DNA of 64,000 nucleotides from Escherichia coli (GTDB lineage Bacteria; Pseudomonadota; Gammaproteobacteria; Enterobacterales; Enterobacteriaceae): NCBI RefSeq assembly GCF_017348835.2, contig NZ_CP071375.1; one strand, 5' to 3'. Shown piece by piece: positions 57,620 to 64,000 of this stretch (position 1 is its first letter; each line of letters starts with the position of its first letter). The notes under the pieces were generated by a model. It saw only the letters and a program-made list of their open reading frames with translations, ran no database searches and was not told where the DNA came from. The position numbers and the translations under genes were made by a program.

Positions 57620-57632
57620 ATAAACCTCCTGG

Positions 57633-59105
57633 TTAGAATATGGACTGGAATTTAGCCATCTCAACCTGGATGGACTTCACCTGGGTGTAACTCTGGAGCG
57701 TCATCACGCCGTTCTCGCGACCAATGCCGGAGTGTTTGTAGCCGCCAACGGGCATCTCTGCCGGGGATTCGCCCCAGGTGTTGATCCAGCAAATACCCGC
57801 TTCCAGCTGATGAATGACGCGATGCGCGCGGTTCAGGTCCGCCGTCACGATTCCCGCCGCCAGGCCGTAGTCGGTATCGTTAGCGCGGCGAATGACTTCG
57901 TCTTCCGACTCGTAGGTCAGAATGGACATCACTGGCCCGAAGATCTCTTCACGCACGATGGTCATATCGTCGCTGCAATCGGTGAACACAGTCGGCGCGA
58001 CCCATGCGCCGTTATCGAGGCCATCGCCTTTCAGTACATCGCCGCCGCACAGTACGCGCGCGCCTTCCTCTTTGCCTTTGGCGATATAGCGCAGCACGTT
58101 ATCGCGATGCGGGAAGCTGACCAGCGGGCCGAAGTTAGTTTGCGGATCGAAAACGTCGCCCGCGCGAATGCGCTCAACGCGCGCCAGAATTTTCTGCTCA
58201 AATGCGGCTTTGCATTTCGCCGGAACGAAGACGCGGGTGCCATTGGTACACACCTGACCGGAGCTGAAGAAGTTTGCCATCATGGCGATATCGGCGGCGA
58301 GATCGAGATCCGCATCATCGAAAACGATCAGCGGTGATTTACCGCCCAGTTCCATGGTCACTTCTTTCAGGGAAGAGGCCGCCGAGTTAGCCATCACTTT
58401 TTTGCCGCTGGCGACACCGCCGGTAAATGAAACTTTGGCAATGCCCGGATGCTCGGTCAGATATTGCCCGGTCTCCGCGCCCACGCCCGGCAACACGTTA
58501 AATACGCCGTCCGGCAGGCCCGCTTCGCTGTAAATTTCAGCCAGCTTTAACGCGGTAAGCGGGGTGACTTCGCTCGGTTTGAAAATCATTGCGTTGCCTG
58601 CCGCCAGCGCCGGGGCGGATTTCCACAGGGCAATCTGGATCGGGTAGTTCCATGCGCCAATCCCCGCCACCACGCCCAGCGGTTCGCGGCGGGTATAAAC
58701 AAATGACGTCTCACGCAACGGGATCTGGCTGCCTTCCAGCGCCGGGATCAGCCCGGCGTAGTACTCGAGCACGTCCGCACCGGTAACGATATCGACGGTT
58801 GAGGTTTCCGAATATGCTTTTCCGGTGTCGAGGGTTTCCAGTTTTGCGAGTTCGTCATTGCGTTCACGCAGAATATCAACGGCCCGACGCAGAATACGCG
58901 AGCGTTCCATAGCGGTCATCGCCGCCCAGATTTTTTGCCCCTGTTGGGCACTCTTCACGGCGCGATCGACATCCTCACGCCCGGCGGCCTGCACGGTCGC
59001 CAGCACGTTACCGTTGGCCGGGTTAATGGTCTCGAAGGTGCGACCGCTGGTGGCGGAGGTATAACCACCATGTATATAAAGCTGCTGTTCTGCCATTCGG
59101 GACAT
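57633..59105 (-). CDS. betB: Betaine aldehyde dehydrogenase
   Basis: 490-aa aldehyde dehydrogenase [17 protein letters not shown]. Confidence 0.9.
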   Translation of the reverse strand: MSRMAEQQLYIHGGYTSATSGRTFETINPANGNVLATVQAAGREDVDRAVKSAQQGQKIWAAMTAMERSRILRRAVDILRERNDELAKLETLDTGKAYSETSTVDIVTGADVLEYYAGLIPALEGSQIPLRETSFVYTRREPLGVVAGIGAWNYPIQIALWKSAPALAAGNAMIFKPSEVTPLTALKLAEIYSEAGLPDGVFNVLPGVGAETGQYLTEHPGIAKVSFTGGVASGKKVMANSAASSLKEVTMELGGKSPLIVFDDADLDLAADIAMMANFFSSGQVCTNGTRVFVPAKCKAAFEQKILARVERIRAGDVFDPQTNFGPLVSFPHRDNVLRYIAKGKEEGARVLCGGDVLKGDGLDNGAWVAPTVFTDCSDDMTIVREEIFGPVMSILTYESEDEVIRRANDTDYGLAAGIVTADLNRAHRVIHQLEAGICWINTWGESPAEMPVGGYKHSGIGRENGVMTLQSYTQVKSIQVEMAKFQSIF

Positions 59106-59118
59106 CACGTCTCCTCGG

Positions 59119-59706
59119 TTAATCGGTGGGTAAATGCTGAGTAATAAAGTGACGGGTCAGCGAGTGTGCGAGAGGTTTATCCAGCGGTTTGCCGCTCAAT
59201 GCCGCGCGCAGCCATAATCCGTCAATCAGCGCGGCAAGGCCGTAGCCCGCTTCCTGTGCCAGGTGGCGCGGCAATTCGCGGCGAAACTCGCTCACCAGAT
59301 TCGACAGCAAGCGGCGGCTGCTGACCTGCTGTAAACGATAGAGCATCGGCTGATGCATACTGCTGGCCCAGAACGCCAGCCAGGCTTTCATCGCCGCACT
59401 GCTCACCTGCGTTTCATCGAAGTTTCCGCCAACAATCGCCTGTAATCGCTGCTCTGCACTGCCCTGCGGAAGTGCATGTAATCGATTCAAAACCGCGTCA
59501 CGCAGCTGACTAGTGATATCGCGCATGGTTGCTTCCAGCAGACCATTTTTGTCCCTGAAATAGTGGCTGATGATCCCCGTAGAAACGCCTGCACGGCGGG
59601 CGATCTGCGCGATCGTTGCATCGTGCATGCCCACTTCATTTATTGCTTCCAGTGTGGCGTCGATCAGTTGTCTGCGCCGGATCGACTGCATCCCCAATTT
59701 GGGCAT
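59119..59706 (-). CDS. betI: TetR-family repressor BetI
   Basis: Start [26 protein letters not shown]; divergent from betT. Confidence 0.85.
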   Translation of the reverse strand: MPKLGMQSIRRRQLIDATLEAINEVGMHDATIAQIARRAGVSTGIISHYFRDKNGLLEATMRDITSQLRDAVLNRLHALPQGSAEQRLQAIVGGNFDETQVSSAAMKAWLAFWASSMHQPMLYRLQQVSSRRLLSNLVSEFRRELPRHLAQEAGYGLAALIDGLWLRAALSGKPLDKPLAHSLTRHFITQHLPTD

Positions 59707-59834
59707 TTTCGCCACTCCATTCATCAGCGTTGTTTATCTATTAAAGCGGTTATTGATTGGACGTTCAATATAAAATGTGTCTTAATTGTTACGAATTTGA
59801 TTTTAAATGGTAACAATAACAGTGGGGATACTGG

Positions 59835-61868
59835 ATGACAGACCTTTCACACAGCAGGGAAAAGGACAAAATCAATCCGGTGGTGTTTTACACCTCCGCC
59901 GGACTGATTTTGTTGTTTTCCCTGACAACGATCCTGTTTCGCGACTTCTCGGCCCTGTGGATTGGCCGCACGCTGGACTGGGTTTCTAAAACCTTCGGTT
60001 GGTACTATCTGCTGGCGGCAACGCTCTATATTGTCTTTGTGGTCTGTATCGCTTGTTCGCGTTTTGGTTCGGTGAAGCTCGGGCCAGAACAATCCAAACC
60101 GGAATTCAGCCTGCTGAGTTGGGCGGCGATGCTGTTTGCTGCCGGGATCGGTATCGATCTGATGTTCTTTTCCGTAGCCGAACCGGTAACGCAGTATATG
60201 CAGCCGCCGGAAGGCGCGGGACAGACGATTGAGGCCGCGCGTCAGGCGATGGTCTGGACGCTGTTTCACTACGGCTTAACCGGCTGGTCGATGTATGCGC
60301 TGATGGGCATGGCGCTCGGATACTTTAGCTATCGTTATAATTTGCCGCTCACCATCCGCTCGGCGCTGTACCCGATCTTCGGTAAACGGATTAACGGGCC
60401 GATAGGTCACTCAGTGGATATTGCAGCGGTGATCGGCACTATCTTCGGTATTGCCACTACGCTCGGTATCGGTGTGGTGCAGCTTAACTATGGCTTGAGC
60501 GTACTGTTTGATATTCCCGATTCGATGGCGGCAAAAGCGGCACTGATCGCCTTGTCGGTGATAATCGCCACGATCTCTGTCACCTCCGGTGTCGATAAGG
60601 GCATTCGTGTGTTATCGGAACTTAACGTTGCGCTGGCGCTGGGGCTGATCCTGTTCGTGTTGTTTATGGGCGACACCTCGTTCCTGCTTAATGCACTGGT
60701 GCTGAACGTTGGCGACTATGTGAATCGCTTTATGGGCATGACGCTCAACAGTTTTGCCTTCGACCGCCCGGTTGAGTGGATGAATAACTGGACGCTTTTC
60801 TTCTGGGCATGGTGGGTGGCATGGTCGCCGTTTGTCGGCCTGTTCCTGGCGCGTATCTCGCGTGGGCGTACCATTCGCCAGTTCGTGCTGGGCACGTTGA
60901 TTATTCCGTTTACCTTCACGCTGTTATGGCTCTCGGTGTTCGGCAATAGCGCGCTGTATGAAATCATCCACGGCGGAGCGGCATTTGCCGAGGAAGCGAT
61001 GGTCCATCCGGAGCGCGGCTTCTACAGCCTGCTGGCGCAGTATCCGGCGTTTACCTTTAGCGCCTCCGTCGCCACCATTACTGGCCTGCTGTTTTATGTG
61101 ACCTCGGCGGACTCCGGGGCGCTGGTGCTGGGGAATTTCACCTCGCAGCTTAAAGATATCAACAGCGACGCCCCCGGCTGGCTGCGCGTCTTCTGGTCGG
61201 TGGCGATTGGCCTGCTGACGCTCGGCATGCTGATGACCAACGGGATATCCGCGCTGCAAAACACCACGGTGATTATGGGGCTGCCGTTCAGCTTTGTGAT
61301 CTTCTTCGTGATGGCGGGGTTGTATAAATCTCTGAAGGTAGAAGATTACCGCCGTGAAAGTGCTAACCGCGATACCGCACCGCGACCGCTGGGGCTTCAG
61401 GATCGCCTGAGCTGGAAAAAACGTCTCTCGCGCCTGATGAATTATCCGGGCACGCGTTACACTAAACAGATGATGGAGACGGTCTGTTACCCGGCAATGG
61501 AAGAAGTGGCGCAGGAGTTGCGGTTGCGCGGCGCGTACGTGGAGCTAAAAAGCCTGCCGCCGGAAGAGGGACAACAGTTGGGGCATCTGGATTTGTTGGT
61601 GCATATGGGCGAAGAGCAAAACTTTGTCTATCAGATTTGGCCGCAGCAATATTCGGTGCCGGGCTTTACCTACCGCGCACGTAGCGGTAAATCGACTTAC
61701 TACCGGCTGGAAACTTTCCTGTTAGAAGGCAGTCAGGGCAACGACCTGATGGACTACAGCAAAGAGCAGGTGATCACCGATATTCTTGACCAGTACGAGC
61801 GGCACCTTAACTTTATTCATCTCCATCGTGAAGCGCCGGGCCATAGCGTGATGTTCCCGGACGCGTGA
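59835..61868 (+). CDS. betT: BCCT-family choline transporter
   Basis: 677-aa polytopic membrane ORF with cytoplasmic C-terminal tail. Confidence 0.9.
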   Translation: MTDLSHSREKDKINPVVFYTSAGLILLFSLTTILFRDFSALWIGRTLDWVSKTFGWYYLLAATLYIVFVVCIACSRFGSVKLGPEQSKPEFSLLSWAAMLFAAGIGIDLMFFSVAEPVTQYMQPPEGAGQTIEAARQAMVWTLFHYGLTGWSMYALMGMALGYFSYRYNLPLTIRSALYPIFGKRINGPIGHSVDIAAVIGTIFGIATTLGIGVVQLNYGLSVLFDIPDSMAAKAALIALSVIIATISVTSGVDKGIRVLSELNVALALGLILFVLFMGDTSFLLNALVLNVGDYVNRFMGMTLNSFAFDRPVEWMNNWTLFFWAWWVAWSPFVGLFLARISRGRTIRQFVLGTLIIPFTFTLLWLSVFGNSALYEIIHGGAAFAEEAMVHPERGFYSLLAQYPAFTFSASVATITGLLFYVTSADSGALVLGNFTSQLKDINSDAPGWLRVFWSVAIGLLTLGMLMTNGISALQNTTVIMGLPFSFVIFFVMAGLYKSLKVEDYRRESANRDTAPRPLGLQDRLSWKKRLSRLMNYPGTRYTKQMMETVCYPAMEEVAQELRLRGAYVELKSLPPEEGQQLGHLDLLVHMGEEQNFVYQIWPQQYSVPGFTYRARSGKSTYYRLETFLLEGSQGNDLMDYSKEQVITDILDQYERHLNFIHLHREAPGHSVMFPDA

Positions 61869-61882
61869 TTGTTATTGCATAA

Positions 61883-61918
61883 AACCGCGCCATGTCTGCA
61901 TATGGCGCGGTTTCTCTT
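61883..61918 (+). terminator. Rho-independent terminator after betT (11-bp stem aaccgcgccat/atggcgcggtt, T-rich tail)
   Basis: Hairpin read directly. Confidence 0.7.
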
Positions 61919-62742
61919 ACCTCTTGATACGTTATATCTGTACGGTTAAGCCCTTAGTATCGATTGATGATTGCCAGGCAACAGATAATAAAAAAGAAAA
62001 GAACTATTGCAGCCCAAAATCTACATTTGGGCTGTTGCGAATGTTCAATAAGTTTAGTCTTATTTAATGTAAATATTGCTGATCATTTGAAATGACGCAT
62101 TATTCATGAGAAATGTGTATCGTAAATCAAATGAAATTAACGCAACCATTTGTTATTTAAGGTTTAATTATCTGTGTGTGATATTTTATTGAATGTTTTA
62201 AATATTGTTTTTATTGTCATTGCTATAATATTGGTTATCATTTGCTGAATGGATTCAGTCTTAATGGGTGGGTTTTTAAGGGACAGGCATAGAGTAATGA
62301 TACGTATGCATAACCAACATCTTTACTCATTATGTCATTGAATGTTGACGCTATGTGTTTATGAGGGAGAGGTATTTTCAGTTGATCTGGATTGTTAAAT
62401 TCATATAATGCGCCTTTGCTCATGAATGGATGCCAGTACGTAGTGGGAAATTATAAATATTGAAATAGTTCAACTACTTCTTTATTACCCAAAATGAGTA
62501 TCTGAATTTTAATATTGCATTCTTGCGTGATTATCTCCTGAGTTTGACTTGTGATTACCTTTTTAAAGTATTTAGCGTAACTGTTATTGAGCGAGCATCA
62601 GAGGTAAAGATAATCTTATTGATAGTGATGTGGGATGTTATACGTATGGCATCGCTGATGTTTATGGTTACCCCTTATGTGTGCTCAGGAATCCACAGGT
62701 AATCACTCATACTGAACAGCGATAAAAGATAAAGGTGTGTTC

Positions 62743-63831
62743 ATGAATTCATGTGATTTTCGTGTTTTTCTGCAAGAGTTCGGTACAACGGTTCATTTGT
62801 CATTGCCTGGTAGCGTATCCGAGAAAGAACGACTGCTACTCAAGCTGCTGATGCAGGGAATGTCTGTAACAGAAATATCACAGTACAGAAATCGCAGTGC
62901 AAAGACCATTTCACATCAAAAGAAACAGCTCTTTGAGAAACTGGGGATTCAGAGCGATATTACTTTCTGGCGCGATATTTTCTTTCAGTACAATCCGGAG
63001 ATCATATCCGCCACGGGTAGTAATAGTCACAGATATATTAATGATAATCACTATCACCATATCGTCACGCCTGAAGCCATCAGTCTGGCGTTGGAAAACC
63101 ACGAATTCAAACCGTGGATCCAACCGGTTTTCTGCGCGCAGACTGGGGTACTGACGGGCTGTGAGGTGCTTGTCCGCTGGGAACATCCACAAACGGGAAT
63201 TATCCCACCGGATCAGTTTATTCCTCTGGCGGAGTCATCCGGTCTTATTGTCATAATGACCCGCCAGCTGATGAAACAGACTGCGGATATTCTGATGCCG
63301 GTAAAACATTTGCTGCCGGATAATTTCCATATTGGTATCAACGTCTCGGCGGGTTGTTTTTTGGCCGCGGGATTTGAAAAAGAATGCCTGAACCTGGTCA
63401 AGAAATTAGGAAACGATAAAATCAAACTGGTTCTCGAGCTAACGGAACGTAACCCTATTCCGGTAACGCCAGAAGCCAGAGCGATATTTGACAGCCTTCA
63501 TCAGCACAACATTACCTTTGCGCTGGATGACTTTGGTACGGGTTATGCGACCTATCGTTATCTGCAGGCGTTTCCGGTCGATTTTATTAAGATCGATAAG
63601 TCATTTGTGCAAATGGCGAGTGTCGACGAAATATCCGGTCATATTGTGGACAATATTGTCGAACTGGCGCGTAAGCCTGGTCTGAGTATCGTGGCGGAAG
63701 GGGTAGAAACCCAGGAGCAGGCGGATTTAATGATCGGTAAAGGCGTTCACTTTTTGCAGGGCTATTTGTACTCTCCGCCAGTACCGGGTAATAAATTTAT
63801 CTCTGAATGGGTAATGAAAGCAGGTGGTTGA
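62743..63831 (+). CDS. pdeL: c-di-GMP phosphodiesterase with N-terminal LuxR HTH and C-terminal EAL domain
   Basis: Start MNSCDFRVFLQEF; HTH (LLMQGMSVTEISQYRNRSAKTISHQKKQL) then EAL-domain sequence. Confidence 0.88.
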   Translation: MNSCDFRVFLQEFGTTVHLSLPGSVSEKERLLLKLLMQGMSVTEISQYRNRSAKTISHQKKQLFEKLGIQSDITFWRDIFFQYNPEIISATGSNSHRYINDNHYHHIVTPEAISLALENHEFKPWIQPVFCAQTGVLTGCEVLVRWEHPQTGIIPPDQFIPLAESSGLIVIMTRQLMKQTADILMPVKHLLPDNFHIGINVSAGCFLAAGFEKECLNLVKKLGNDKIKLVLELTERNPIPVTPEARAIFDSLHQHNITFALDDFGTGYATYRYLQAFPVDFIKIDKSFVQMASVDEISGHIVDNIVELARKPGLSIVAEGVETQEQADLMIGKGVHFLQGYLYSPPVPGNKFISEWVMKAGG

Positions 63832-63872
63832 TGTAAACCGCTATTCACAGCGCATCGGGAGGTTGGCAGCGA

Positions 63873-64000
63873 TTAATTCTCCCGATGCAGTAAATCCTGA
63901 TAGATCCCCGTTAATATGCCATTTGGCGCAAATTGTTTTTTAATCCACTGCGTCACCTGGCCGGTGGCAGAGTGCTGGGTCGCCAGTAACATGCGTGAAT
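63873..64000 (-). CDS. yahB: 3' end of a regulator gene continuing beyond the window (LysR-type by genomic position)
   Basis: Hand-translated open frame on minus strand ending with stop at 63873..63875 (…IYQDLLHREN); identity by synteny only. Confidence 0.35.
   Translation of the reverse strand, partial: SRMLLATQHSATGQVTQWIKKQFAPNGILTGIYQDLLHREN

Overview
Enterobacterial chromosome segment with Escherichia coli gene order (calls rest on reading the six-frame translations and recalled protein families; no database search was run). Left end: crl (partial), phoE, proBA and tRNA-Thr (thrW). A defective, mosaic prophage remnant sits at thrW: integrase, AlpA-like regulator and a YfdP/Q/R-like early operon are fused directly to the interior of a lambda-type tail gene J, followed by lom, stf and tfa. 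Two inverted copies of a 1310-bp IS3-family element (IS629/IS1203-like) lie at 13309..14618 and 49765..51074. The first truncates paoC and marks a deletion; the second is a simple insertion in ykgH with a TAT target duplication. Between them: paoCBA, yagU, ykgJ, the ecpRABCDE pilus operon, Zur-regulated rpmE2/rpmJ2, ykgR, a six-gene redox/carbonyl-detoxification cluster, a full-length EaeH/FdeC-type adhesin gene with a single in-frame TAG, an AraC regulator, rclCBA/rclR and ykgEFG. Right end: a small AT-rich islet, then betABI/betT, pdeL and the 3' end of a LysR gene. The most interesting signal is in that islet: a decayed Fim-type tyrosine recombinase next to a LuxR-family regulator, with a 33-bp perfect palindrome and a matching 15-bp inverted repeat flanking the ~270-bp intergenic segment, i.e. 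a candidate phase-variation switch whose recombinase is inactivated. No CRISPR array or rRNA gene was seen.
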